Notes: generated from the letters alone by a model not told the origin. Numbered from the stretch's first letter, positions 31,335 to 43,085 are shown. The stretch: DNA of 64,000 nt from Gammaproteobacteria bacterium (GCA_015491865.1 WFVD01000008.1:138002-202001); one strand, 5' to 3'. Made by a program: numbers and translations.

Positions 31335-32909
31335 TTAATGTCTGAAGTGGCGCATACCGGTAAAGACCATCGCCATCCCGTGCTTATTGGCGGCATCGAT
31401 CACTTCCTGGTCTCGCATTGAACCGCCGGGTTGAATCACCGCTGTGATGCCCGCTTCAGCAGCGGCATCAATACCATCGCGGAATGGAAAGAAGGCATCA
31501 CTTGCCATCACAGAGCCTTTAACCTGCAGGCCGGCATCGGCTGCCTTGATGGCCGCGATGCGGGCACTATAAACACGGCTCATCTGACCCGCACCCACAC
31601 CGATCGTGGTGAGTTCCTTGCCATAGACAATGGAATTTGATTTAACAAATTTAGCCACCTTCCAGCTAAACAGCAGGTCTCTCATCATCTCATCTGACGG
31701 GGCGATCTCTGTCACAACCTTAAGATCGTCTGCGGTGACCATCGCGGTATCTGCGCTCTGTAACAGCATGCCGCCGTTTACGCGACGGTAGTCAAGAGAT
31801 GTGCTGCGCGCCTGTGGCCACTCACCACAGGCCAGCAGCCGCACATTCCCTTTTTCAGCTACGGTTGTCATCGCCCCTTTGGTCACTGATGGGGCGATGA
31901 TAACTTCAACAAACTGGCGGTCGATGATTGCACGCGCCGCTTCAGTATCAAGCGGACGATTAAAGGCGATAATCCCACCAAAAGCAGAGGTCGGATCGGT
32001 TTTATAGGCACGGTCATAGGCGTCAAACAGTGAGCCGGCAACCGCAACACCACAGGGATTGGCATGCTTCACGATCACACAGGCGGGTCGATCAAACTGT
32101 TTGACACATTCCAGTGCCGCATCAGTATCTGCGATGTTATTGAATGAGAGCGCCTTTCCTTGCAGCTGTGCTGCCGTGGCGACGCACGCTTCCTGCGCGC
32201 GCGCTTCAATATAGAACGCTGCCTTCTGATGGGGGTTCTCACCATAGCGTAGCTCCTGTGCCTTAATGAACTGCGCATTGAAGCTGTGCGGAAAGGCAGC
32301 TCGATTTTTATTGGAGAGGCCGCCATCGGTAATACTGCCGAGATAGTTAGCGATGGTACTGTCGTATGCAGCAGTGTGTTCGAAAGCCTTTACCGCCAGT
32401 GAAAAGCGCGTTGCATGACTGAGCGCAGTACCGTTTTCAGCCATCTCTTCGAGCACTTCAGCGTAGTCATTTGAGTCGACAACAATCGCTACGTCGCGAT
32501 GGTTCTTGGCGGCAGCGCGCACCATGGTCGGGCCGCCGATATCGATATTCTCAATCGCCATTGGCAGGTCGCAGTCGCCTCTGGCGACGGTCTGTTCAAA
32601 GGGGTAGAGGTTAACCACCACCAGATCGATCGCTGCGATGTTATGTTCAGCCATCGCATCGCCATCGACATCGCGCCGCCCAAGAATACCGCCGTGAATC
32701 TTTGGGTGCAGCGTTTTGAGTCGTCCATCCATCATCTCTGGAAAGCCTGTGTGGTCTGAGACCTCAATCACATCGACGCCGTTATCAGCGAGGAGTTTGG
32801 CGGTGCCGCCGGTTGAGAGAATCTCCACCTTCATCGACTGTAGCCCCTGGGCAAATGCTAGAATATTGGTCTTGTCCGAGACACTGATAAGTGCGCGTTT
32901 AATCGTCAT
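31335..32909 (-). CDS. purH: Bifunctional AICAR transformylase/IMP cyclohydrolase PurH
   Basis: Full-length PurH (MGS-like domain plus AICARFT domain). Confidence 0.9.
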   Translation of the reverse strand: MTIKRALISVSDKTNILAFAQGLQSMKVEILSTGGTAKLLADNGVDVIEVSDHTGFPEMMDGRLKTLHPKIHGGILGRRDVDGDAMAEHNIAAIDLVVVNLYPFEQTVARGDCDLPMAIENIDIGGPTMVRAAAKNHRDVAIVVDSNDYAEVLEEMAENGTALSHATRFSLAVKAFEHTAAYDSTIANYLGSITDGGLSNKNRAAFPHSFNAQFIKAQELRYGENPHQKAAFYIEARAQEACVATAAQLQGKALSFNNIADTDAALECVKQFDRPACVIVKHANPCGVAVAGSLFDAYDRAYKTDPTSAFGGIIAFNRPLDTEAARAIIDRQFVEVIIAPSVTKGAMTTVAEKGNVRLLACGEWPQARSTSLDYRRVNGGMLLQSADTAMVTADDLKVVTEIAPSDEMMRDLLFSWKVAKFVKSNSIVYGKELTTIGVGAGQMSRVYSARIAAIKAADAGLQVKGSVMASDAFFPFRDGIDAAAEAGITAVIQPGGSMRDQEVIDAANKHGMAMVFTGMRHFRH

Positions 32910-33000
32910 GATGGCTGAGTCTTTAAGTTGGGTTATACGGGGTGGCTGCAGTATCGAAAGTAGCGAATAAATTAACGGGTTCGATAGCGCAGTCGTCTGG

Positions 33001-33258
33001 TTAATTATTCAGATTATAAATTTCGAGTTTTTTACGCAGCGTGCTGCGATTGATGCCGAGAATTTCAGACGCTTTGCTCTGATTGCCGCGGGTGTAGTCC
33101 AGCACCGCTTTTAACAGCGGTTGTTCAACCTCATGCAGTACCATGCGGTAGAGGTCGGCGGGCTGGTGCCCATCGAGGTCATGAAAATAGCGTTCAAGTG
33201 CGGCATCAATACATGCGCTGATCGGTTGTTTCCGACGTTCCTGTTTATCTGTTCTCAT
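33001..33258 (-). CDS. fis: DNA-binding protein Fis
   Basis: 85 aa with the C-terminal [27 protein letters not shown]. The start overlaps the dusB stop (TAATG). Confidence 0.9.
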   Translation of the reverse strand: MRTDKQERRKQPISACIDAALERYFHDLDGHQPADLYRMVLHEVEQPLLKAVLDYTRGNQSKASEILGINRSTLRKKLEIYNLNN

Positions 33259-34274
33259 TATGCGGCAGCTTCTTTTATATTGGTTTTTATTGAAGTGTTG
33301 TGTGTCGCTTCTTCGAGTTGTTCAAAAAACTCGCGGGTCAGTGTCAGCTGCTGATCGATGCTGTCAACACGATTGACCGCCTGACGGAAAGCGCCACCGC
33401 CAGTCTGTCCTTTGCTGTACCAGGAGATATGTTTGCGTGCCATGCGTACGCCGATGTATTCACCATAAAAGTCATAGAGCCGTTCGAGGTGACCGAGCAT
33501 GATGGCGCTCACTTCACTCACTGTCGGTTCGGCAAGGTAGAGGCCAGTATCAAGATAGTGATTGATGGCGTTAAAGATCCACGGCCGTCCCTGCGCGGCG
33601 CGCCCAATCATCAAGGCATCGACACCGGTCTGTTCGAGTACATAGCGGGCCTTTTCGGGGCTGTTGATATCACCATTGGCGATAACCGGAATCTTAACCG
33701 CTTTTTTAATGTTGGCGATGGTTTCATATTCCGCCTCGCCGCGGTAGGCGCAGGCGCGGGTGCGGCCGTGTACTGCCAGCGCCTGGATGCCCGCCTGTTC
33801 TGCAATTCTGGCGATGGCGACGCCGTTGCGGTTTTCAGGGTCCCAGCCGGTGCGAATCTTGAGTGTCACCGGGATATCGACGGCGTTGACCACCGCATCA
33901 AGAATCTGTGCGACGCGCGTTTCATCCTGTAATAGCGCAGATCCAGCCATCACGTTGCAGACCTTTTTGGCAGGGCAACCCATGTTGATATCGACAATCT
34001 GCGCGCCGTTGTCGGCGTTGTGCCTTGCTGCCTGCGCCATCATGGCCGGGTCTGAGCCGGCGATCTGTACAGAGCGCGGCTCGGTCTCACCATCGTGATT
34101 GGCGCGGCGCAGCGTTTTTTTGCTGCCGTAGAGGAGCGAGTTAGAGGAGATCATCTCAGAGACCGCCATACCCGCACCGAACCGCTTGCAGAGCTGTCGA
34201 AAGGGGCGATCGGTGATCCCCGCCATCGGCGCGAGCATCAGATTACTGGATAGTTTGTATGGTCCGATTTGCAT
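33258..34274 (-). CDS. dusB: tRNA-dihydrouridine synthase B (DusB)
   Basis: Start taken at MQIGPYKL (34274). The N-terminus MAGITDRPFR and the overall sequence are typical DusB. This is the classical dusB-fis operon. Confidence 0.9.
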   Translation of the reverse strand: MQIGPYKLSSNLMLAPMAGITDRPFRQLCKRFGAGMAVSEMISSNSLLYGSKKTLRRANHDGETEPRSVQIAGSDPAMMAQAARHNADNGAQIVDINMGCPAKKVCNVMAGSALLQDETRVAQILDAVVNAVDIPVTLKIRTGWDPENRNGVAIARIAEQAGIQALAVHGRTRACAYRGEAEYETIANIKKAVKIPVIANGDINSPEKARYVLEQTGVDALMIGRAAQGRPWIFNAINHYLDTGLYLAEPTVSEVSAIMLGHLERLYDFYGEYIGVRMARKHISWYSKGQTGGGAFRQAVNRVDSIDQQLTLTREFFEQLEEATHNTSIKTNIKEAAA

Positions 34275-34400
34275 GTTTTTGCGCAATATTTTTAATTTCC
34301 AGCACTTCGGCAGAGACCGAATTGGCTGAAAATGCAGAGTGCCACATGATACCTGCTCCGGGGTTGGGGATAAAGTAGAAGTTGTTGCTTTTTTAGACGA

Positions 34401-35135
34401 TTATTTGAACTCGAATTCGAAATTGACGGCCTGTTTATCGGGGGCGATCAGCTCCAGGGTGACGCTCAACGGTCTGCCTGCAGGGAATCCATCATCAATT
34501 TCAACCGCTTGCGATAGATATTCACGCGGCTGAAAGGTGCGACTGGCGAGTAGCTTGTGATTAATATCGAAAAAACTCAATTTTAACAGCGGGTAGGGCT
34601 GGGTGAAGCTGGCCCCGTTTTTCAGGGTGAGGCTGATTAATAGCGCCTCTGGAATAGTGGGGTGATCGCGCAGATCACGGTTGATGATGCTGATCTTGTC
34701 GGGGGCGTGTTGTAGTGAGAGTTTGCACTGAGTAACTGCACAAAACTGCTCCAGCCACGGGCGCAATACGGGGTAGCTCTGCGCCAGTTTGTCGCTCATA
34801 AAATAGCTCGCCTGGGCGAACAGTAGCGCGCATAGCAGCAGGCCAATTACCCCCCAGGTTATAGCAGAGCTGTTTGCCGGGGCAGTGGTGGAGTTGCCTT
34901 TATGGGGTTCGTTGAGTTGATAGCTCTCCGCAACTCCGTCATGGCCGAGGCGGTCAATCGATGAGATTTCCACAATCTCTGCCGCATCACAGCTACTTAG
35001 TGGGTGTTTAGAGAGGGTATAGAGTGCGTTGAAAATCTGATTACACTTTCCGCACTGCACCTTGCCGCCAGCGGCAGTGAGATCCTGATCGCTGATACTA
35101 AAATTGGTGCTACAGTTTGGGCATTGGGTAAACAT
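34401..35135 (-). CDS. Zinc-ribbon domain protein (MJ0042-type finger plus DUF3426-like C-terminal domain), single TM
   Basis: N-terminal CPNCxxxF...CGKCxxxF zinc ribbon, a central TM helix and a C-terminal beta-rich domain. It lies between prmA and dusB. Confidence 0.6.
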   Translation of the reverse strand: MFTQCPNCSTNFSISDQDLTAAGGKVQCGKCNQIFNALYTLSKHPLSSCDAAEIVEISSIDRLGHDGVAESYQLNEPHKGNSTTAPANSSAITWGVIGLLLCALLFAQASYFMSDKLAQSYPVLRPWLEQFCAVTQCKLSLQHAPDKISIINRDLRDHPTIPEALLISLTLKNGASFTQPYPLLKLSFFDINHKLLASRTFQPREYLSQAVEIDDGFPAGRPLSVTLELIAPDKQAVNFEFEFK

Positions 35136-35172
35136 TATCTCTGTTGCATCCCTGTGGTGGCCAGTCTATACA

Positions 35173-36072
35173 TTAATCAGTTTCGCTTGCTTTGCGTTTA
35201 GCAACAAGGCGCACCCAACCCTCTTTTTCAGTGGTGGGCTGGAACTCAAACCACGGTTCATATGTGCTGATGACCGACGCTGCCTGCTCACTTAATATTC
35301 CTGATAGCACGATGATGCCGTGATGTTTTACCCGTGTCGAGAAATAGTCGGCCAGCGTTATGATTGGGTTTGCCAGGATGTTGGCGAGTAGACAGTCTAC
35401 CGTTGATAGCCGATCAGTTGCCTCATCAGGCAGGGCGGTAGTTATCTGGTGGGCGACGCTGTTCTGAGCCGCATTGCTTCTGGTGGCGATGAGCGCCTGT
35501 GGATCAATGTCAATTGCCTCAATCGATGTGGCGCCGCTCATCGCTGCGCCAATCGCAAGAATGCCGGAGCCGCAGCCAAAATCGATCACACGCTTCCCGC
35601 TCAGATCATTCTGGTCGATCCACTCTAAACAGAGCGCGGTGGTGGGGTGAGTGCCGGTACCAAAGGCGAGGCCGGGATCGAGCATAATATTGAGCGCGTC
35701 AGGTTCCGGAGGGGTGGTTTCGGTGGGGCAGATCCAGAGGCGTTTACCGAAACGCATCGGTTTGAATTCATCCATCCAGAGGCGTTCCCACTGCTGCTCT
35801 TTTAGTTCAGTGATACGATAGGGTGGCAGCGTGGTAAACAGAGGGGCTTGCTGAATGGTGGCCAGTACATCGTCGAAATTGGTTGCTGCATTGAAGAGTC
35901 CGACTACGCAGGTGTGAGCCCACAGGTTGCTGGCGTCGGGTGCTGGCTCGTAGATTGGCGTGTCCGCACTATCCTTAAAGGTCACCGAGGCGGCACCGGC
36001 CTCGCTGAGTAGCTCGGAAAGGGGATCCACCTCAGCGGGGGAGACCTCAAATGTAAGTTCTTGCCACGACAT
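35173..36072 (-). CDS. prmA: Ribosomal protein L11 methyltransferase PrmA
   Basis: Start at MSWQELTF (36072). SAM-binding motif VIDFGCGSGILAI. Confidence 0.85.
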   Translation of the reverse strand: MSWQELTFEVSPAEVDPLSELLSEAGAASVTFKDSADTPIYEPAPDASNLWAHTCVVGLFNAATNFDDVLATIQQAPLFTTLPPYRITELKEQQWERLWMDEFKPMRFGKRLWICPTETTPPEPDALNIMLDPGLAFGTGTHPTTALCLEWIDQNDLSGKRVIDFGCGSGILAIGAAMSGATSIEAIDIDPQALIATRSNAAQNSVAHQITTALPDEATDRLSTVDCLLANILANPIITLADYFSTRVKHHGIIVLSGILSEQAASVISTYEPWFEFQPTTEKEGWVRLVAKRKASETD

Positions 36073-36119
36073 AATTTGCTTCATAATCTTGATGGTGTGA
36101 GAGCTTTTATTGTACGCGC

Positions 36120-36437
36120 ATGAGCGCGATCAAGGCGAACCCGATTTATTTTGCGAGGTATAAAATGAGTGAGCTTTTAACCCTTTTGATGGCGGTCTGT
36201 TTCCTGCTTACCGGCTGGTTTCTCTTTAAACATCCAAAGACGGTTCAGCAGTGGGTGATACAGCTGCAGCAGAAAAATCGGCTGGTAGCAGAGATGAATC
36301 CACTGCGAAATTGGATCGAAAAGCAGAGCTTTTTAGTTGTTGCGCAATTATTAGGCGCCCTCTGTCTGGTTAATACGGCGCTGCTGCTGGCGACGCTTTT
36401 TCTCCAGGCCGGGCAAAATAGAGGCGCTGGTTTTTGA
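36120..36437 (+). CDS. Hypothetical small membrane protein
   Basis: 105-aa ORF with two hydrophobic helices. No family recognised. Confidence 0.3.
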   Translation: MSAIKANPIYFARYKMSELLTLLMAVCFLLTGWFLFKHPKTVQQWVIQLQQKNRLVAEMNPLRNWIEKQSFLVVAQLLGALCLVNTALLLATLFLQAGQNRGAGF

Positions 36438-36591
36438 TTTGAGTCCTGGAGTGAAAATGAAAACGCCTTTGATATTAGTCGGTTGGAGTAATATATATAG
36501 TTAAGGCAAAAACAGTAAACGCCGATAACCATAAGTAAGAGTTGTTATCTTCGGGGTGCTCATGGCCCTGGTAGCGCAGGAGGCGTTTACG

Positions 36592-36945
36592 ATGAAAAAG
36601 AGAATCAACACATTTGCTGGATTGGCGTTGATGTTCCTGGCAGGAAATGTTCAGGCCCTCGATAGTCATGTGGTTGGTCTGGCTGAGAGCCATTGTTACG
36701 GGCAGGCGATGGTTGGAATGGATTCCGTCATTAACTCTCGCCTGGGTGTACCTGCCGAACATGCACTGGGACTCAGTCTGAACTCATCGCTTCACGTTGC
36801 GATGGGGGATGAGTACTCCACTAGTATGCTCAACACCATCCTTGCCGCTTATCTCTGGAACGACACCCCGCATAGTTACGCCATCAAGGTCTTCTATGCC
36901 TGTGCGGCCAGAAGCAGCGCGTTGCTACAGAGCGCGAGCAATTAA
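36592..36945 (+). CDS. Hypothetical small secreted protein
   Basis: Signal peptide MKKRINTFAGLALMFLAGNVQA starting at ATG 36592. No family recognised. Confidence 0.4.
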   Translation: MKKRINTFAGLALMFLAGNVQALDSHVVGLAESHCYGQAMVGMDSVINSRLGVPAEHALGLSLNSSLHVAMGDEYSTSMLNTILAAYLWNDTPHSYAIKVFYACAARSSALLQSASN

Positions 36946-37001
36946 GCGACAGGTTGGCCATTTACTGAACAAACCCAGGCAGCGCAGGCTACCTGGGTTT
37001 G

Positions 37002-37907
37002 TTAGGTTCCACCAGAGGCTTTAGACCTTTGTATTATGTTTCTGTGCAAAACTTCGCCCCATTCGTGGCTCATTAAGCCAGCTAGAATCATCCCGGTTCC
37101 AAGCCACACTTCGACCCCGACGCGCTCATTATTTAGAGCGTGACCAAGCAGGAGTGCCAGTACAGGGGTGATCAGCGTCAGCAATGTTGCGCGGCTCGCC
37201 GTCATATTTTTCAGTAGGTAGAAAAACAGCATAAAACCAGCCACAGAGCCAAATACCCCCAGGTAAACAGTTGCACTAAAGGCACGTATTGACAAGGTCA
37301 CCGGAAACTGGCCATCAAACAGCAGCCACGTCAGTGCGTAGAGCGGTATTGAACAAAGCAGTGCGCCGGTGGTGATCGCAATCGGTGATAGATTCGCATT
37401 GACTCGTTTCAGCCAGACGGTGCTGATCGCCGTTAAACCGATGGAGAGCAGCACGCCGCTTATCCCCCAGGCGGCCTTTTCACCCAATGAAAAACTGGCG
37501 CTGAAAACGACGGCAAGCCCAGCGATTGCCAGCAATAAACCGACAACTTTTGCCACCGTAAACTGACGCTCTCCGAGCCAGATCACAGACAGAACACCGG
37601 TCGCAATCGGTGTCAGACCAAATAGCACTGAGACTACGCCTGAAGGGATAAACTGCGCTCCCCAGTAGACGCAGAGCATCGCACCATAAATACTGAGTGC
37701 TGCGGCAAGGTAGGCCTGACGCGCCTTTTTATGCCACGGGAGTTCGATGTTCATCACGCTGACAATTAGCAGACACAACAGCGTTCCCAGCACCATTCTG
37801 CTGAAGACGCCAAATAGGAAGCCCTGCCCTTCACTGCTCCACTGAATGGCGAGCGGCGTGGTAGACCAGATGATAATAACGGCCGCAAAGGCGGCGGGGA
37901 GTTGCAT
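37002..37907 (-). CDS. DMT superfamily (EamA-like) transporter
   Basis: Start at MQLPAAF (37907). Ten TM helices in two EamA repeats. Confidence 0.75.
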   Translation of the reverse strand: MQLPAAFAAVIIIWSTTPLAIQWSSEGQGFLFGVFSRMVLGTLLCLLIVSVMNIELPWHKKARQAYLAAALSIYGAMLCVYWGAQFIPSGVVSVLFGLTPIATGVLSVIWLGERQFTVAKVVGLLLAIAGLAVVFSASFSLGEKAAWGISGVLLSIGLTAISTVWLKRVNANLSPIAITTGALLCSIPLYALTWLLFDGQFPVTLSIRAFSATVYLGVFGSVAGFMLFFYLLKNMTASRATLLTLITPVLALLLGHALNNERVGVEVWLGTGMILAGLMSHEWGEVLHRNIIQRSKASGGT

Positions 37908-38195
37908 GATGGTTGCTCCATAATTGCATGGTGTAAAACCAGAAAAGGCCGCGGAATTTTCATTCGGCGGCCTTTTCGGAAAACAGTTTGATGAGGTGAA
38001 TCGTGCTACATCAACTCCCCTGTTTGCAGGCTCGCGCGATGACGCATCACTCGCCATTCAGGCAGGCGGCGGGAAATAATAGAGAGCGGCTTGTTCGGGG
38101 TTCTGTTCATGGTGCGCAGTCTGCCTGTGAAATTATTTGAAGTCAACCGCTGCGGTTACTGGATGGATAAAGGTAGCGGGCGTGAACCTGGGTTG

Positions 38196-38873
38196 TTAGC
38201 GGCTGGCAGGTGAAAGCTGCGCCGCATTTTGAATGAGCGTAGCATGGCCGTCACGAAAGGCCGCCGCAAGCGCCTCTGCGGTGCGATCGGGTGCTTTTCT
38301 ACCGTCGCGGTCGATAAAGAGGTAGACCCCGGTTGTCGGGTTAACCCAGGTAAAGCGCGCCTTGAGCACGGGTTTGTCAGGATAGTGAAACTCAACCCAG
38401 CTCCCCTTTGGCAGGGTGTTGGCGAGATGGCTGTGCGGGTCTTTACTGCTTTGGGCGGTTGTAGTTGGCATCACTTCCTCCGTTGGGCTGGATTGATGGG
38501 GTGTGGTGGTTAGCTGTTCAATACTGGCGATGGTGGCTCGCGCAAAAAGAGCGGCTCGCTGTCGGTCGGGTTGTTGCTGAATCTCACTCTTGATCGCAGC
38601 CAGAAACTGCTTCTTGAAATCTCCTCTGATCTGGCTGCGACTGTTATAGACCGCCTGTAGCGCGGTGAAATAGAGGCGACGCAGCTCGTGGTCATCCGCC
38701 TGGTCAGCCATCTGATAGAGCGTCTCGCTGAGGCCGTCAATGGTGGTTAACAGATGTTCCGAAAAGCGCTCAGCGGCATCCAGGCACTGCTGTTGAAATG
38801 CTCGGCCAGATGTTGCTTGCTGAGCCGTCTGAGCGTTGTCTAAAGCGGTGGCGCTGGATCTTTCTGTGGTCAT
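38196..38873 (-). CDS. Hypothetical protein
   Basis: ORF with coding-like composition. The start is uncertain (38873 or 38918). No confident family. Confidence 0.4.
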   Translation of the reverse strand: MTTERSSATALDNAQTAQQATSGRAFQQQCLDAAERFSEHLLTTIDGLSETLYQMADQADDHELRRLYFTALQAVYNSRSQIRGDFKKQFLAAIKSEIQQQPDRQRAALFARATIASIEQLTTTPHQSSPTEEVMPTTTAQSSKDPHSHLANTLPKGSWVEFHYPDKPVLKARFTWVNPTTGVYLFIDRDGRKAPDRTAEALAAAFRDGHATLIQNAAQLSPASR

Positions 38874-39044
38874 AATGTGAGTCCTGTAAAATGCAAAATT
38901 CCCTACTGATATAGCCATTTATAGCAGGATTTTTTCTCTTTTTTTGTGACTCCACACTCAATAATTCTGATTGATGAGCGATACCTTCAATATGTGCTGG
39001 TGAGGTGACAGGCAGTGACGCTACTATGAACCCTGGAGAAGAGT

Positions 39045-39941
39045 GTGAATGAATTGAATATGGTTGAAAATCAAGAAGATGAGATTCCGATAGAGATATC
39101 GGCACGCTGGCTTGGCGAAGTGTCAGGGCTGGTCTCCCCGCCGGATGTTTATGTGAAAGTGTTTGATCTGATGGAGTCCCCGACTGCGACAGCAGATGAT
39201 ATGGGGCTTGTTATCAGCCAGGATCCAAGTCTGACAGCGCGTCTGCTGAAGATTGTGAATAGCCCTTTTTATAACTTCAGTTCGCGGATCGATACGGTTT
39301 CACGCGCGATTGCGGTGATAGGGTTGCGTGAGCTTTATAGTCTGGTGGTAGCGGTATCGGCAGTGAAATCGTTTTCGGCCATCCCCAATGATGTGGTTAA
39401 TATGGACACCTTCTGGCGGCACAGTATCTACTGCGGGATTATCTCCCGTCTGCTGGCGAAGCGCTGTCATGTGCTCCACACCGAGCGTCTGTTTATTGCC
39501 GGTCTGTTGCATGATATTGGTAGCCTGGTGATCTACAATCGAGTACCCGATATTGCGAAGAAAATGCTGGAAAGTGCCAATGGGGATGAAGAGAGACTGT
39601 TCGCAGTTGAGCGGGAAGAGCTGGGGTTTACCCACGCCGATCTTGGTGGTGAGTTACTAAAACAGTGGTCGCTACCCGACAGCCTGCAGGAGGCGGTCGC
39701 CTTCCATCATCAGCCCGGGGCTGCCAAAGTAGCAGCAATGGAGGCGGCGATCGTACACATCGCCAACATACTGGCCAATCAATCTGAGCTGGGGGCGTTC
39801 TGTGAAGTGAAGGTACCAGAGACGGAGATCGATAGCGCTGCCTGGGCGGCGGCTGGCCTGAAAGAGGCGAGCTTTGATCGTGATGAAATAATCGGTGAAG
39901 CCGGTATTCAATTTGTTGAGACAGCCAGTCTCTTCTGGTAG
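39045..39941 (+). CDS. HDOD domain signalling protein
   Basis: HD-related output domain pattern (LLKIVNSPFYNF...GLLHDIGSLVI...FTHADLGGELLKQW). Confidence 0.75.
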   Translation: MNELNMVENQEDEIPIEISARWLGEVSGLVSPPDVYVKVFDLMESPTATADDMGLVISQDPSLTARLLKIVNSPFYNFSSRIDTVSRAIAVIGLRELYSLVVAVSAVKSFSAIPNDVVNMDTFWRHSIYCGIISRLLAKRCHVLHTERLFIAGLLHDIGSLVIYNRVPDIAKKMLESANGDEERLFAVEREELGFTHADLGGELLKQWSLPDSLQEAVAFHHQPGAAKVAAMEAAIVHIANILANQSELGAFCEVKVPETEIDSAAWAAAGLKEASFDRDEIIGEAGIQFVETASLFW

Positions 39942-40132
39942 TTCTCCCTTTTTCGGGAGCCTGTCGGGTCCTGGGTGAATATTCGATGCTCTGCATCAGG
40001 ATAGTCTTCCAATGCAACACTTTTCCCATGCTAGACTAAGCGGCGCACAGTGGTGCGCTTTCTGTTTTTATCGTTGAACTGGATGTAAGCAGTGGCACGC
40101 CATCTGTTTTAGATAGATAAAATTTATGAGTA

Positions 40133-41026
40133 GTGAGGATAGTTGTGAGAGTATCAAGAGCGGTTGGAATACCTTTGACAGCAGTAACGATGGTCGCGGT
40201 CACCTCGCCAGTGGTTGCCGCTGGTGTGATGGTCGAAAGCGTTAATAAACACCAGATGCACAGCAAGGTGAGCATAGAAGCGACGCGTGCGCGGATCGAT
40301 AGCGGCTCGGATGACAACTATCTATTGATGGACCTTGCAAGCGGTAAGACCTACACCGTCAACCACCTTGAAGGGGTGGTGATTGATCATGAATCTGCCG
40401 TTGCCACCAGCGAACATATCACCAGCGCGATTAAAGATCGCATGATGCCAAAGGTTGAGTTGCTAAAGCAGGGCGATGGCCCTGAGATCAACGGTTTTGC
40501 GACCGTGCATTACCGTGTGATGATTAATGACTCCATTCACTGTTCTGACGAATACCTCGCACCCGAGGCAGTTGAAGATGCGATGGTTAAAAATTTTGTG
40601 GCCGCCATGGCGCGTGGCTCCGACGGGGTTGATAACATCATCATGGCTTCACTGTTTGGGGATGAGCAGATGTGTGAAGCAGCGGCCGATATCGTTGATG
40701 ATGAGTATGCCGACAAAGGTTTGCCAATGCGTTCGGTTGATCCGCAAGGGATGGTGACTCATGAAATCACCTCAATTACCGCTCCAGTGAATTTTGCTGT
40801 TGAAGATATGACACTGCCAGCCAGTTATGAGCTGCTTAGTCGCGCGCAGATGCGTGAACGTCTCAGTGAGCGCGCCAAGGAGTTGCAGAAGCAGATCGAT
40901 GCGCTGCCCGAGATCGACATGGACGAGGTAATGCAGCAGGTGATGAAACAGCAGCGTGAGATGCAGCAGCAGATGAAGGACGCTGCCGCTGATCTAAAGC
41001 AGAAGTTAAAGACAGGCTTCGAGTAA
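40133..41026 (+). CDS. Hypothetical secreted protein with a C-terminal coiled coil
   Basis: GTG start and an N-terminal hydrophobic signal-like segment. The C-terminus is charged and Q/K-rich. Confidence 0.45.
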   Translation: MRIVVRVSRAVGIPLTAVTMVAVTSPVVAAGVMVESVNKHQMHSKVSIEATRARIDSGSDDNYLLMDLASGKTYTVNHLEGVVIDHESAVATSEHITSAIKDRMMPKVELLKQGDGPEINGFATVHYRVMINDSIHCSDEYLAPEAVEDAMVKNFVAAMARGSDGVDNIIMASLFGDEQMCEAAADIVDDEYADKGLPMRSVDPQGMVTHEITSITAPVNFAVEDMTLPASYELLSRAQMRERLSERAKELQKQIDALPEIDMDEVMQQVMKQQREMQQQMKDAAADLKQKLKTGFE

Positions 41027-41041
41027 TCTCACTCTGTGCTG

Positions 41042-42244
41042 TCACCCCTTTACTGGAGTGACCTGCTTCGCCGCACGGTTTGCACGATATCGCGCATCGC
41101 TGGCGCTATCACCATAGGCCAGTGCGACCCCCATGCGGCGTTGCGTAAACGCTTCCGGTTTGCCAAATAGCCGCAACTCACACTGTGGATCCTGTAGCGC
41201 CGCATCGACCCCTTCAAAAGCGATAGCGCCCTCATTCATTGCGCCATAGATCACCGCACTGGCGGCAGCGGTCACGCTCATCCCAACTGAGACAGGTAAG
41301 CCAAGAATCGCACGTGCATGCAGCTCAAACTCATTTTGATGCTGGCTGCTCATCGTCACCATGCCGGTGTCGTGCGGGCGCGGACTCACTTCGCTAAACC
41401 ACACCTGGTCGCCTTTAATAAAGAGCTCAACCCCAAAGAGACCGCGCCCACCAAGATTACCCGTCACCGCAGCGGCAATCTCCTGCGCACGCTGTAGTGC
41501 CGCAGGGCTCATCGCCTGAGGTTGCCAGCTTTCAACATAGTCCCCGTTGATCTGGCGATGACCAATTGGCGCGCAAAAATGTGTTTCGATCTCGCCACTA
41601 CGGCTGCGTGCGCGTAGTGTCAGCAGTGTGATCTCAAAATCGAACTCAATCATCTCCTCAACAATCACACGCCCGCCCTTAATGCGCCCGCCACTCATCG
41701 CATCGTCCCACGCTTTTTCTATCTCTTCCGGCTCATTGATGGTCGATTGCCCTTTGCCCGACGATGAGATCACCGGTTTTACAATACAGGGGTAGCCCAC
41801 GCCGCCATCGATTGCCATGCGCAGTTCATTAAGCGTCTCTGCAAAGGCGTAACGGGATGTGGGCAGATTGAGCGCTTCTGCTGCCAGTTTGCGAATGCCT
41901 TCACGGTTCATAGTGAGTTGCGTCGCGCGTGCAGTGGGGATCACTTCTGCGATGCCGTCCGCTTCGACCTGCGCCAGCGCATCGGTCGCAATCGCCTCGA
42001 TTTCCGGTACGATGATGTGTGGCTTTTCCTGTTCGATCAATCTCCGCAACGCCAGTGGATCTGCCATGTTGATGACATGGGCGTGGTGCGCGACCTGCTG
42101 CCCCGGTGCATTCTGGTAGCGATCCACCGCAATCGTTTCCACCCCCAGGCGCTGCAGCGCAATGATCACCTCTTTACCAAGTTCGCCGCTACCAAGTAGC
42201 ATGATGCGCGTTGCAGAGGGAGATAGTGGCGTGCCAATTTTCAT
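41042..42244 (-). CDS. purT: Formate-dependent phosphoribosylglycinamide formyltransferase PurT
   Basis: N-terminus [16 protein letters not shown] and an ATP-grasp fold. Confidence 0.9.
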   Translation of the reverse strand: MKIGTPLSPSATRIMLLGSGELGKEVIIALQRLGVETIAVDRYQNAPGQQVAHHAHVINMADPLALRRLIEQEKPHIIVPEIEAIATDALAQVEADGIAEVIPTARATQLTMNREGIRKLAAEALNLPTSRYAFAETLNELRMAIDGGVGYPCIVKPVISSSGKGQSTINEPEEIEKAWDDAMSGGRIKGGRVIVEEMIEFDFEITLLTLRARSRSGEIETHFCAPIGHRQINGDYVESWQPQAMSPAALQRAQEIAAAVTGNLGGRGLFGVELFIKGDQVWFSEVSPRPHDTGMVTMSSQHQNEFELHARAILGLPVSVGMSVTAAASAVIYGAMNEGAIAFEGVDAALQDPQCELRLFGKPEAFTQRRMGVALAYGDSASDARYRANRAAKQVTPVKG

Positions 42245-42404
42245 GTTTACTCTTCCCAGTGTGGATGGTTCGCTAAGCTGTGAATGATGTCATTGTGAGC
42301 AGGGTGGTGCAATCCCCCGTTTTCCACTGTCAATGGAACTCTTCAGCCGTTACAATGCGCGCAACTTAATTTATTAGCATCAGCAAGATCGCGTGGAGGT
42401 CGAA

Positions 42405-42923
42405 ATGGTTATTTTTTCAACATCGCATGGTGACATCACCATTGAAATGTTCCCTGATGAAGCACCAGTTACGGTTGAGAATTTTCTGCAATATGTTGAC
42501 GATGGCTATTTCGATGGCACTATCTTCCATCGTGTGATTCCCGGTTTCATGTTACAGGGCGGTGGTTTTACTGCGGAGATGGAGCAGAAGGAGACTCGCG
42601 GAGAGATTAAAAACGAGGCCGATAACGGACTGAAAAACGAACGTGGCACCCTCTCGATGGCGCGTACCGCAGTCGTTGATAGCGCGACCTCTCAGTTTTT
42701 TCTTAACCTTGTTGATAACGACTTCCTTGATCACGGCAGTCGTGATTTTGGTTATGCAGTTTTTGCCAAAGTGGTGGATGGCATGGATGTCGCGGATGAG
42801 ATTGCAAAGGTAGAAACCGGAAATAAAAACGGACATCAGAATGTACCGCTTGAGCCGGTGGTGATTAACCGGGCGTATCGTGTGGATGTGGTCTCCGATG
42901 AATGCAGTGATGACGGCTGTTAA
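42405..42923 (+). CDS. ppiB: Peptidyl-prolyl cis-trans isomerase B (cyclophilin), with a short Cys-containing C-terminal extension
   Basis: Start at [11 protein letters not shown] (42405). Collinear with E. coli PpiB ([15 protein letters not shown]...). An extra ...[12 protein letters not shown] tail follows. Confidence 0.9.
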   Translation: MVIFSTSHGDITIEMFPDEAPVTVENFLQYVDDGYFDGTIFHRVIPGFMLQGGGFTAEMEQKETRGEIKNEADNGLKNERGTLSMARTAVVDSATSQFFLNLVDNDFLDHGSRDFGYAVFAKVVDGMDVADEIAKVETGNKNGHQNVPLEPVVINRAYRVDVVSDECSDDGC

Positions 42924-42966
42924 TTTGACAACGAGTTAGAGCAGTCGAGTGTTAGAAAGGCGCCTT

Positions 42967-42991
42967 AATGGCGCTTTTTTTATGGGTGATA
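42967..42991 (+). terminator. Rho-independent terminator of ppiB
   Basis: AAGGCGCC-TTAAT-GGCGCTTT stem followed by T7. Confidence 0.6.
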
Positions 42992-43085
42992 TTCGGGAGG
43001 CTGTCGCTGAGCTGATGCGCCTCTTAAGTTAACCCTGCTTTAGACGATAGATGATTATCGGATAACCCATAGTAGTGCTGCTCAT

